A stretch of DNA of 64,000 bases, taken from IMG/VR virus record IMGVR_UViG_3300008262_000008. One strand, 5' to 3'. The first letter of the stretch is position 1; each line of letters starts with the position of its first letter. The stretch is from a virus. The position numbers and the translations under genes are program-made. Under the pieces are notes generated by a model. The model made no database searches. It worked only from the letters and a program-made list of their open reading frames with translations, and was not told the DNA's origin. This document shows, one piece after another, positions 17,881 to 26,683 of this stretch.

Positions 17881-20148
17881 TTACGAAGCAACTTCTTCAA
17901 ATGCAATTCCAGTTCTGGTTGCAATGAATGTTAGGGTAATGTAGTTGATTGTTCTTGTTGGCTTGACATAAATTTCAGCATAGAACTCTCCTCTATCAAC
18001 TGCATCAGGAGGATTATTTTCATCATCGCACTTAACTAGGAAGTCATAAACACCTCTTCTACCTTGAACATCACGAAGATAAGGTTCAACAATATTTCTA
18101 AAGGTCGAACGAGTTGTTGCATCATTTTGTTGGAATAGTTGTTGCTTAGCAGCTGCCCCAATAGTTCTTTCTAGAATTAGGAATAGACGGCGAACGTTAA
18201 TTCTGTCAAATGCTGACTGATAACCGAGCGCAGTTTTATCACCAAATAGGACGATACCTTGACCTGGGAAAGCAACGATTGGATTAACTCTTGAAGAGTA
18301 CAATCTATCTCTTTGTTCTTTGTTTGGTGAATATGCAAGTTTGATTGCATTCCTTAGACCACCTCTTTGGAAACCTGCAGGTGAGAACCAAGCATCGGCT
18401 GTTTCGGTAGTCTGTACACAAAGACCAGCTACATCTCCATTGCAAGCAATATATCTGTAAGTATCATTATACTTATCGTAGATGTACTTATAACCAGTAT
18501 CAAATACTACATAAGAATTGCTTGGCAATTGATCGAAGAATTTGATCATATCTCTAGTGATCATTTCACCATCAACTTTACCAAGTACATCTCCCGAGAA
18601 TGGAGAAATGAACGCCATACAATCTTTTCTTGTATTAACAATATCAATAATCATATTTGCTTTAGCAAGTGTTGCTGGAAGATCAGCTGCACTTGGACCC
18701 ATCAATAAGTAATCAATCTGCCAAACTTCAGGATCAGCAACTAAATTGTAAGCATCTGCAAAGTTTTGATTTGTTAATTCACTTGCTTGTGCTGGTTCAG
18801 CACCATTTCCTAAAGTAAATTTAATAGAAGGACCTCTTAAGGTATTAATGACCAATGAAGAATTTGCTGATTCTGGTTCAACTTTATATGCCGCTGCCGC
18901 TTTAATTAAATCAAATTTAACGTTAACTGCACTCTGACCCCATGCACCAGAGTCTGCATCTACATCAAATAAATCAGAAGAAGTTAGATGCTTACCCCAA
19001 TAGATATATTTTGAATTATTTTTTAATACATCTTTGTAGTAATTATTTTCACCTTGAGTTGATTTAGAATCAGAAGCTTTGGATACATAAGTCCACTTTT
19101 CTAAGAGTGTATTTGGTGTACCTGTAATTTTTCCATCACCATCAAGAACTACTACATGAAGTTCATCATTACGTCCACCTTTTGCAGCTGCAAACTGTGA
19201 AGTACCAGGGCGACCTGCAAGACTGATCCACTTAAGACCTGGAACTACTTCTCTGGTATCATATTCACGATCAACAGAAGAGATTGTTACAACTGTGGAT
19301 GAAGCATCTAGAATAGTGTCTGCAGCAGCGAATTCTGTTGGTGATGTTGGTAGAACATGTACAGTAAGTCTTCTTCTAACTGCAGTATAGTTAGCAGTAA
19401 TAGATCCTTGTGTAATTGTTCCAGTTGCACCAATAACTCCAGAAATTGCGCTTCCAGATGGTCTAGTAATTTCTAATCTCTTTGAGATAGGATCATATGC
19501 AACAATGTTGACAGTCAATGCTCCAATAGTTGCCGCTCCTGGAGTAAGTGGTGCGGTTACGGTAACAGGATTTAAATCTAAAACGATGGAATAGTTGTAT
19601 ACTTTTCCTTGTGCTCCAGATCCAACTCCAACTAAATCTCCACTTGGAGATGCTCCAAAATCCCACTCAACAGCACCTTGACCTGTTGGTGTTGAAAGAA
19701 GTAATACTTGATCAGGACCTGCATCAGTTGCATATACTCTTAAACTGTTACCCCAAACACCAGGAGTTCTAGCAGCAAAGTTGAAATTATTTGAGTTAGA
19801 AGTTTCAACGTTTGTCTCATAGTATTGGAAATTTTGAATTGAAGTATATGAAGTGTTACTATAGTTTGCAGCAGTTTTATAAAGTGTATTATTTGTTCTG
19901 ATAACTTTTAGTGTTCCTCCATAGTTGAGAAACTGAGCTGCTACGAACCAATATCCATAATTAAAATTGTTTGGTTTACCAAAAGTTGCCAAAAGATTTT
20001 TTTCAGATGTGATTGTTACTACTTCGTTAATTGGACCTCTTTCAAAAGGTCCAGCAATAACTCCAACACTAGGAGTTGAGACATTAGTTACCGTAGTAAA
20101 GTCCCTCTCCTGAATAACAATTCCTGGTGAAGATTGAGATGCTGCCAT
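17881..20148 (-). CDS. gp18: Contractile tail sheath protein
   Basis: SPGIVIQERD, GPFERGP, WFSPAG, INVRRLF, IYVKPTRTINYITLTFIATRTG. Confidence 0.96.
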   Translation of the reverse strand: MAASQSSPGIVIQERDFTTVTNVSTPSVGVIAGPFERGPINEVVTITSEKNLLATFGKPNNFNYGYWFVAAQFLNYGGTLKVIRTNNTLYKTAANYSNTSYTSIQNFQYYETNVETSNSNNFNFAARTPGVWGNSLRVYATDAGPDQVLLLSTPTGQGAVEWDFGASPSGDLVGVGSGAQGKVYNYSIVLDLNPVTVTAPLTPGAATIGALTVNIVAYDPISKRLEITRPSGSAISGVIGATGTITQGSITANYTAVRRRLTVHVLPTSPTEFAAADTILDASSTVVTISSVDREYDTREVVPGLKWISLAGRPGTSQFAAAKGGRNDELHVVVLDGDGKITGTPNTLLEKWTYVSKASDSKSTQGENNYYKDVLKNNSKYIYWGKHLTSSDLFDVDADSGAWGQSAVNVKFDLIKAAAAYKVEPESANSSLVINTLRGPSIKFTLGNGAEPAQASELTNQNFADAYNLVADPEVWQIDYLLMGPSAADLPATLAKANMIIDIVNTRKDCMAFISPFSGDVLGKVDGEMITRDMIKFFDQLPSNSYVVFDTGYKYIYDKYNDTYRYIACNGDVAGLCVQTTETADAWFSPAGFQRGGLRNAIKLAYSPNKEQRDRLYSSRVNPIVAFPGQGIVLFGDKTALGYQSAFDRINVRRLFLILERTIGAAAKQQLFQQNDATTRSTFRNIVEPYLRDVQGRRGVYDFLVKCDDENNPPDAVDRGEFYAEIYVKPTRTINYITLTFIATRTGIAFEEVAS

Positions 20149-20188
20149 GTTTATACTCCTAGAAAATTTCCATTTGAGTTTCTAGTAA

Positions 20189-20196
20189 TATTTATA
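20189..20196 (-). promoter_or_regulatory. Late promoter for gp18
   Basis: Minus strand TATAAATA; GGAG SD before ATG 20148. Confidence 0.75.
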
Positions 20197-20236
20197 AATT
20201 GATTTATTTCAAATGGGGAAACAGTGCGTGAACATA

Positions 20237-20467
20237 TTACCAGTCAGGATATTCCCACTTATCAAATACTGCAGTGGTGATTCTACTTACAGTTATTCTT
20301 TTAATAGTACATTTTTTGCACTCATATGAATATGCTGATGGATATGATCCTCTGTCTTTTCTAGTCAAATAAAAATCTTCTAATAAGTTTTTTGTTTGAC
20401 CACAAATTCTACATTGACGGTCAACAAATAAAAGATGTTCTAAATTTATTTGACTGAATAAATCCAT
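20237..20467 (-). CDS. Small CxxC...CxxC zinc-finger protein
   Basis: CRICG...LEDFY...YECKKC. The start is placed at ATG 20467, which overlaps the gp17 stop (TAATG). Confidence 0.7.
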   Translation of the reverse strand: MDLFSQINLEHLLFVDRQCRICGQTKNLLEDFYLTRKDRGSYPSAYSYECKKCTIKRITVSRITTAVFDKWEYPDW

Positions 20468-22119
20468 TACTGATATTCCCACATAAATGCTCTATCTCCA
20501 TATTCATCTACATGCCAAATTTCACCATCATCATCTACAAAAGTTTGTTGATCGGTTAATCCATCATCAATAAATCCAAATGGAGACATGTCAGCTTCAA
20601 TTGCTTCTCTTTGCTCCTCATAAATTCTTTGACGAACATCATTACTGGTCATCTCTTTAAAGTATGGTTGAGTTGCCAACCAAGAAAAGATAACTAAACA
20701 CATTGCTAAATCGTCATTACAACCATCTTCTGCTTCAAATCCTTGACCTTTTTGGATAAATGTAGTCAGCTCACTAATTACATCGTAATCATTTACGATT
20801 AATTTATCCTCTTCAATTAGTGCTTTTAAATTTGAGCAACCATATTTTTTGACCGCAGTTGTCATGCGAACTCCTAAAGTTGCTTTCTTACCACTAAATC
20901 CCGATCCAACAATTTGTCCTGCTCTACCTCTCATAGAACACATCAATAAATTCTCATACTCCAATTCATATTGTAAGATATCCGCCACTTGCCCACCAAT
21001 ATCATTTACTTCTACAAGAATATATGCTTTATTATAATTTAATGCTGTTTTATGAATTATGCTTGGAAATAAAATTGGTTTAATTTCATTGTTCTTATAT
21101 TTTGCTACAACACGATAAGGTATATCTGTAATATCAATAACAGTAAATGCACTGTAATCATTTGATAGACCTCTTGACACATCCACCGTAATCATGTATT
21201 GTCTATCTTCTATGGAATGTTGATACACATCCAATCCTGCATTAGAAACTACAGGATCCTCATATACCATCAATCTAAGCTTAGATGCAGAAATTAGTGT
21301 ATCAACAGATCCAAGGAATTCACATTCAAACTCAACTCTAAACTGTTGCTCTGAAGTATTTTTAATTGTTTGTTCTTTCCAAGCAGCATCTCTACCTGGG
21401 ACTTCACTCCAATGAACTTCAGTATTTACATATTCATTCTTACCTCTTTCAGCATCATGCCAAAGTTTATAGAACATATTCATACCATGTGGGGTAGAAA
21501 TAATAATTACTTTGGTTGATTTACCAGATGAGATTGTAGGATATACTGAACTGAAAAATTGTTCTGCAATATTTGATGGAACGAATGCAAATTCGTCCAA
21601 GAAAATAATGTTGAATGACATTCCTCGGACAGCAGATGCTGATGTTGAAGCAGCAAGAATTTTAGATCCATTTTCTAATTCAACGGATCCTTTATTCCAA
21701 GAAACAATTCCTTGCTGTAACCATTTCGGCAAATTTTCATAAGATAACTGTAAACGTCCTAGCATCTCTCTAGCAGTAGCTGCTTTGTTTGCTAAGATAG
21801 CAATATTTACATTATCATAAAAAAGAGAATACCATAGTAGGTAAGAAGTTACAATTGTAGATTTTCCTGACTGTCTTGGTAACTTACAAATATTAAAACG
21901 ATGTTTATTAAATTTAGTAACCATTTCTTCTTGAAATGGGTACATATCAAATGGAACTAATCCCTCATCCAATGAGACAATTTTAATATATTTTTTAATA
22001 AAATATATTGGATCATTTTGGCAAGTCATAAATTCTTGCACCTGTTCCTCTGTAAATTCAATAGGAACATTTGCTTTCTTTAAATTAGGATTACCTAAGT
22101 AAATATCGTCAGGACGCAT
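20467..22119 (-). CDS. gp17: Terminase large subunit
   Basis: YLGNPNLK, Walker A PRQSGKS, Walker B IFLDEFAF, nuclease DVSRG...DYS and NDDLAM. Confidence 0.97.
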   Translation of the reverse strand: MRPDDIYLGNPNLKKANVPIEFTEEQVQEFMTCQNDPIYFIKKYIKIVSLDEGLVPFDMYPFQEEMVTKFNKHRFNICKLPRQSGKSTIVTSYLLWYSLFYDNVNIAILANKAATAREMLGRLQLSYENLPKWLQQGIVSWNKGSVELENGSKILAASTSASAVRGMSFNIIFLDEFAFVPSNIAEQFFSSVYPTISSGKSTKVIIISTPHGMNMFYKLWHDAERGKNEYVNTEVHWSEVPGRDAAWKEQTIKNTSEQQFRVEFECEFLGSVDTLISASKLRLMVYEDPVVSNAGLDVYQHSIEDRQYMITVDVSRGLSNDYSAFTVIDITDIPYRVVAKYKNNEIKPILFPSIIHKTALNYNKAYILVEVNDIGGQVADILQYELEYENLLMCSMRGRAGQIVGSGFSGKKATLGVRMTTAVKKYGCSNLKALIEEDKLIVNDYDVISELTTFIQKGQGFEAEDGCNDDLAMCLVIFSWLATQPYFKEMTSNDVRQRIYEEQREAIEADMSPFGFIDDGLTDQQTFVDDDGEIWHVDEYGDRAFMWEYQ

Positions 22120-22141
22120 AAAATTAATAATTCTATACTAT

Positions 22142-22375
22142 CTATCCATTTACTTTCTTTAAATCTTTTTCTAGAGCATTCATAGTACCTAATCTATCTT
22201 GCCAGGTAGTCCCGCTAGTTGATCCTCTACATGGATTGATACAAGTATCATCTCCAAACCTATTGCAGACTAATCCTGCAAGATCATGGGGATCCCCTTC
22301 TTTCCCCGTACCAGACCAGAAATGTTGCCCTCCGATCCAGCAAGCCCCACATTTAGGGCATGTTTTAGTATCCAT
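22142..22375 (-). CDS. Cys-rich conserved hypothetical protein
   Basis: 77 aa with CPKC, C, H, C, C, C (LAGLVCN...CINPC); putative metal binding. Confidence 0.7.
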   Translation of the reverse strand: MDTKTCPKCGACWIGGQHFWSGTGKEGDPHDLAGLVCNRFGDDTCINPCRGSTSGTTWQDRLGTMNALEKDLKKVNG

Positions 22376-22441
22376 TAAAAGTCCTACCAGAATTGGTGAA
22401 CTTATTATATAGGTGGATATTGTATCTGTCAGCTACCAATA

Positions 22442-22858
22442 TTACTTTTTGCGTTTTGAATCCAACACTGAAAAATCTTTTTTCTTAGTTCCCCCATCAT
22501 ATTCCCATGCATATCCTTCAGCAATCATTTGGTTATTGAGAGATGTTACTTCACTGTTGATAAACAGATGTCCGATGATGCGACCATACTTCTCTGTGCT
22601 GTCTGGAAGTTCGGTCTTGATGATAATATCTTTAGCATCTTCTAATCTGTGCTTGAGCCATTCTTTCGATTCGAGACCGTATTTCTTTTCGTTTGTATCT
22701 GCTGTGCGACTTTCAGGAGTATCCACACCAGCCAACCTAATGCGCTTAGTGAGGCTGATGTCAAAACCCAAGTCAATATCAGCATCAATAGTGTCTCCAT
22801 CTACTACCTTTAGAACTGATTTGATGCGGTAGATATAAGGATCTTTAATGTCTGTCAT
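22442..22858 (-). CDS. Thermonuclease (SNase)-like nuclease
   Basis: VVDGDTID, IRLAGVDTPE, KYGRI, MIAEGYAW: staphylococcal nuclease-family motifs. Confidence 0.85.
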   Translation of the reverse strand: MTDIKDPYIYRIKSVLKVVDGDTIDADIDLGFDISLTKRIRLAGVDTPESRTADTNEKKYGLESKEWLKHRLEDAKDIIIKTELPDSTEKYGRIIGHLFINSEVTSLNNQMIAEGYAWEYDGGTKKKDFSVLDSKRKK

Positions 22859-22967
22859 TGTCTTTCATCTCTTCGTTAGCCATCCTTAATATATAGTAGA
22901 TGACATATAAAGTGAATAAAAGACCACAACAAAGAATTATGAATACTCCCCAGGGAAAGTCGTTCAT
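22845..22967 (-). CDS. Small single-pass membrane protein
   Basis: Hand-translated 40 aa, MNDFPWGVFIILCCGLLFTLYVIYYILRMANEEMKDNDRH*; ~22-residue hydrophobic stretch; tightly packed between neighbours. Confidence 0.7.
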   Translation of the reverse strand: MNDFPWGVFIILCCGLLFTLYVIYYILRMANEEMKDNDRH

Positions 22968-22973
22968 ATCAAA

Positions 22974-23090
22974 TTATTTTTTCTTTCCGCCGTTCTTTGC
23001 TTTCTTAGCAGTTGCGTTTCCCTGATTTTGTTTAGAGTTCTTTTGACCTCCAGCAGTACCTTTCTTTCCTTTGTTGGGTGACTTAGACAT
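22974..23090 (-). CDS. Tiny Lys/Gly-rich basic peptide
   Basis: Hand-translated 38 aa, MSKSPNKGKKGTAGGQKNSKQNQGNATAKKAKNGGKKK*. The ATG overlaps the upstream stop (TAATG); no acidic residues. Confidence 0.7.
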   Translation of the reverse strand: MSKSPNKGKKGTAGGQKNSKQNQGNATAKKAKNGGKKK

Positions 23091-24070
23091 TAGCAGTTCC
23101 ACGCACGTAACGACTTATTTATGCGTGAATTTGGGTCATTCGCAGTTTCCTTAGAAGTTAGCTTATCTTTCATACCTCTCATTCGAGCACAAAACGACGC
23201 CCTGCGGGGATTTCCAACCTTCTTTGAAGGTGCTTTAAGGTCGCTTCCAGGATTGTCATCCTCATAAGATTTACGTCCTTTTTCGTTAAGTCCTCCATTT
23301 TTGTTCTTACCTTCTGAACGTTGCCATGCTGCAACTTCTTCAATGTAATCACCAAAAGATTTCAGTTCAAATTCTTCTTCATGGTTGCTTCTGAGATACA
23401 TTGCAGCAGCATTTAGATTATGAACTGCAAGTGCTAGTTTTGCCTGAACCCAACCAGGAAGTTGATAGTCTGGAGACTTGATTGTTTCTCTGAGCATCTT
23501 GATGTAGAGTTCGATCTCATCAAGTTGTCCAAGTGCCATCGCACCTTCATCATCTTTTTCAGTACCATTATTGATTGCAATATGGTTCTCTTTCAATTTT
23601 GATGCTTTTCTCTCTGCTGCCTTCCTACGCATCTCTGCTTCGGATGGGCTCATTCCTTTTTCCGATGCTGCTTTATGTGCTGCATCTCCAGCTGCTTTCA
23701 CTCTTTCTGCGAATTTTGCCTTTGCATCAGACTGAGATTTAGCAACTTCAGAATTACTGATTGGTCCAGTTGGTCTGGATTGAATTCCACCCATTCGTGC
23801 TCTACGTGCATTACCACTAGATACGTTTTCTTTGATGGGATCTTTCTTTTTCCATTCTTTTTTGAGTTGTTTTTCCATACCTAGTAAGTGCTTGTAGTAA
23901 TCGGGGAATTCTGCAATATGTTGAAGAGCAATACCGTATGCTGCTTTGTGATCAGTTACATGCTCACGTTCGACAGTAGAACCGATTTCTGCCTGACGAA
24001 TGACGTAATCAACATCAACACCATGCTTTTTAGCAATTTCCTGTTCGGTAGGTACTCTCTTCTTTGCCAT
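23090..24070 (-). CDS. Modular putative internal head protein (DUF5661-like N-terminal and DUF6321-like C-terminal modules)
   Basis: EREHVTDHKAAYGIALQHIAEFPDYY module; C-terminal AWQRSEGKNKNGGLNEKGRKSY...RRASFCARM...INKSLRAWNC module; modules separated by I/L-x-E sites. Confidence 0.7.
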   Translation of the reverse strand: MAKKRVPTEQEIAKKHGVDVDYVIRQAEIGSTVEREHVTDHKAAYGIALQHIAEFPDYYKHLLGMEKQLKKEWKKKDPIKENVSSGNARRARMGGIQSRPTGPISNSEVAKSQSDAKAKFAERVKAAGDAAHKAASEKGMSPSEAEMRRKAAERKASKLKENHIAINNGTEKDDEGAMALGQLDEIELYIKMLRETIKSPDYQLPGWVQAKLALAVHNLNAAAMYLRSNHEEEFELKSFGDYIEEVAAWQRSEGKNKNGGLNEKGRKSYEDDNPGSDLKAPSKKVGNPRRASFCARMRGMKDKLTSKETANDPNSRINKSLRAWNC

Positions 24071-24091
24071 GGTAACTATTCTTCTATGTAC

Positions 24092-24099
24092 TATTTATC
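24092..24099 (-). promoter_or_regulatory. Late promoter
   Basis: Minus strand GATAAATA, 22 nt upstream of ATG 24070. Confidence 0.6.
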
Positions 24100-25369
24100 T
24101 TTGCTCTAACCAGTTCAACACTGCTAGTGCTGCTTTGTTGGTATTTGGTGAAGCACAAACAAGAGTGTAAGTATCACTTACAGTTCCCAAACCACTTCTG
24201 CCAATTTGCAGAGATGCTTTTATATCAAGCTCGATCAAACTTGAACCACCACCAATCGTAAAACCACCAAGAATATTAGTGCCACCTGTATAAGCAGTAG
24301 CACTAATATCATATTGAGTGATGATATTAGGATCAGATGGATTAGTCCAATTTGCTCCAGTTAGAGTTGCATTCTCTACCAATCTCCAAAACACATTAGT
24401 ATTATCGTTAGTTGCTACCTGAAGTGATCTAGGCAAAGCAACACCTTGAAGTGCAGTTGGTTTCAATCTAATACTGATTACTGGATAATATGTGTTTGCA
24501 GATGCCATCGTGGTGCCAGCAATAGCATTACTACGACTTACAAGTTGTCCTAGTTTCTCTGGTTCTCCTTCTTGAATAAGAGAATTGGAACCTTGATAGA
24601 GATAGTGTGTGCCAGCAGCACCAGTTACATTCTCAAGTTCTAGACGAATTGGTAAGAATGGAGTAGCACACCAGACATAATTAATATTATTTGCGTTATT
24701 GAATTTATGAATAACGTGAGTTTCTCCGTCAATCGTATAACTGAAAATGACTTGACCAGCACCATACCATTCATAGTCAATATTGATTAGGTGTTGTGCG
24801 TCTGGGTCTGCTACGATTTGACTAGGACCATTACCATCTAACTTATCTCCATTCCAATCTTCTCTAGCAACTCGTCTCTCTACGACACTACCAGATGCTT
24901 TACTACGAATGACACAATAGTAGTTGGTGCCATCGTCTTCAAAGAAGACACCATCAGTATCGTTGAATATACCAAACCTTCTGCGAATACCTGCTACTGG
25001 TGCTTCCAAACGAATACCAAATGAGCACTGTGATGCTCTACCTGGAATATATCTCATTACTGTTCTGGTCTGTCTGATGACCTTATCCCCAGCAGTTCCA
25101 CCAACAGACATGATAATGTTTGCTGCATTTGGGTTATGGATAGCAGCACCAGCGCCCGTAGTTGCTTCATCCCAGACATCAGTTTCCTTTCCAAACTGGA
25201 AAGTGTTGAAGAATACTGTTTGGTATGGAGATGTTTTAAATCTACTCTTTGAAGTAAATTGAGGTCTCCAATCCGATTGCTCACCCCAGTGGTCGGCAAT
25301 ATTGACAACCTCAAACAGAGATCTTTCTTGATTTAGAAAATCCTGTGTACTCTTATTCCACTGAGCCAT
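24095..25369 (-). CDS. Beta-rich hypothetical, probable virion protein (lectin-like beta-sandwich suspected)
   Basis: 424-aa intact ORF in the late cluster; YQPG-like MRYIPGR, RRFGIF, IDYEWYGAG, LPIRLE motifs seen in phage structural proteins. Confidence 0.65.
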   Translation of the reverse strand: MAQWNKSTQDFLNQERSLFEVVNIADHWGEQSDWRPQFTSKSRFKTSPYQTVFFNTFQFGKETDVWDEATTGAGAAIHNPNAANIIMSVGGTAGDKVIRQTRTVMRYIPGRASQCSFGIRLEAPVAGIRRRFGIFNDTDGVFFEDDGTNYYCVIRSKASGSVVERRVAREDWNGDKLDGNGPSQIVADPDAQHLINIDYEWYGAGQVIFSYTIDGETHVIHKFNNANNINYVWCATPFLPIRLELENVTGAAGTHYLYQGSNSLIQEGEPEKLGQLVSRSNAIAGTTMASANTYYPVISIRLKPTALQGVALPRSLQVATNDNTNVFWRLVENATLTGANWTNPSDPNIITQYDISATAYTGGTNILGGFTIGGGSSLIELDIKASLQIGRSGLGTVSDTYTLVCASPNTNKAALAVLNWLEQR

Positions 25370-25371
25370 TA

Positions 25372-25701
25372 TCAGAATGCTCCATACTTATGTGCAGATG
25401 TATCAATATTAACTTTATTTGATTTAGTAATATTTACTCTTGGTTTATATGGAGGATAAATTTGTTGAACCATTGCTCCAGGGTAATCTTGCTGTAGCAT
25501 CCATGTCAAATCACCATGATTGGGAATTCCATCTTCAGAAATTATTTCTATTCTGAATAACTCGCCGTTGTAGATAATATCTGCGCTATAAGTTTCTCCA
25601 ACTGGTTCTGCATTCTTTCCATCAGAATGGACGTGCAGAGTACCGTTGAAGTCTCCAGCAATATTAATAGATTCAGATAAAAATTGTTTGTAAGACTTCA
25701 T
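25372..25701 (-). CDS. Putative internal head protein with capsid-targeting propeptide
   Basis: ATG 25701 follows a GGAGG SD. The N-terminus MKSYKQFLSE resembles the T4 internal-protein capsid-targeting sequence (MKTYQEFIAE type). Confidence 0.7.
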   Translation of the reverse strand: MKSYKQFLSESINIAGDFNGTLHVHSDGKNAEPVGETYSADIIYNGELFRIEIISEDGIPNHGDLTWMLQQDYPGAMVQQIYPPYKPRVNITKSNKVNIDTSAHKYGAF

Positions 25702-25702
25702 A

Positions 25703-26233
25703 TCAGCCTCCAACAATTTGTACTTCTTCTACAACAATATTTGCAGCACCAGCAGTAATCTTAACGCATCTATGTGCATATGCTTGAGCGCCAGATCCAG
25801 TATAAGTATAATTACCAGTTGCCGCTGATGAGTTAATATCAGTAGTGATAGTCATTCCAGTAGCAGCAGTAATCTTTTTGCCTGCAGTATCGGCAGACTC
25901 AAATGCATCATCAATTACGCCAGCAGCATCAATAATTGCAATATAATCATTAACACTGAAAGGATGTGTATCTCCTGTTATTCCCGAATTGCGATCACCA
26001 AAGGTATATACTGCAGTGGTAGAATCAGTTGCTGCAGTAATAGCTGCCCTTCCAGGGGTTGATCCCTTAAGCAAAACAGATTCACCTGCCAAAATTTGAA
26101 TTGCAGGACCAGCATTAAATTGAACGGTTGATGCTGAAGTAGCACTCACTCTGTAAATACCAGTATTGACAATCTGATATTCTGATTGAGTTGCAGAGAT
26201 ACTATTAGTATTCAATACATTTAAAACGGACAT
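25703..26233 (-). CDS. Hypothetical beta-rich virion-associated protein
   Basis: 176-aa Thr/Ala/Gly-rich ORF behind a late promoter. Confidence 0.7.
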   Translation of the reverse strand: MSVLNVLNTNSISATQSEYQIVNTGIYRVSATSASTVQFNAGPAIQILAGESVLLKGSTPGRAAITAATDSTTAVYTFGDRNSGITGDTHPFSVNDYIAIIDAAGVIDDAFESADTAGKKITAATGMTITTDINSSAATGNYTYTGSGAQAYAHRCVKITAGAANIVVEEVQIVGG

Positions 26234-26263
26234 GTTAAACTCCGAAGATATTCTTTCCTATTT

Positions 26264-26683
26264 TTATTTATCTAAGGTTTGCTTTTGCTGTTTGATTAAT
26301 TTTGATAGTTCAGTAGTAGATCCAACAAATAATGCATTGGTTACATTTGTTGGTCCACTTCTTGGCTTTTCATCAATATCTTTCATTTTCTTTTGAAGAT
26401 CAACAAGTTTATCAGTCACATCTGCAACTTGTTTAATTAAATTGCCAGCAACCTCATATGCTCTAGGATGATCAGTACTTTGAGCAACATCCAATGCACC
26501 TTCAATAGCTCTCTGTCCTTTTTCAATTAGGTCATAAAGATTATTTCTACTATGTTCATAATCTCTCTGTATCTCTGGCTTTTTTTGAGATAGAGGAGTT
26601 GGGTCTTCCTCAACTGTTGGTTCAGTGCTTTCAATATCTGAAGAAATATCAAAAACTTTATTCAATTCATCAAAGGTACTCAT
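26264..26683 (-). CDS. gp16: Terminase small subunit
   Basis: DYEHSRNNLYDLIEKG, HPRAYEVAGNLIK, NVTNALFVGSTTEL. Confidence 0.93.
   Translation of the reverse strand: MSTFDELNKVFDISSDIESTEPTVEEDPTPLSQKKPEIQRDYEHSRNNLYDLIEKGQRAIEGALDVAQSTDHPRAYEVAGNLIKQVADVTDKLVDLQKKMKDIDEKPRSGPTNVTNALFVGSTTELSKLIKQQKQTLDK
26265..26272 (-). promoter_or_regulatory. Late promoter
   Basis: Minus strand GATAAATA overlapping the gp16 stop, upstream of ORF 26233. Confidence 0.6.

Noticed and set aside
20155-20190. CTAGAAA/TTTCTAG hairpin partly covering the gp18 Shine-Dalgarno (similar stem before the fibre gene at ~35292-35320)
   Set aside because: A 7-bp AT-rich stem with a long loop is expected by chance in this AT-rich genome; translational control cannot be supported from sequence alone.
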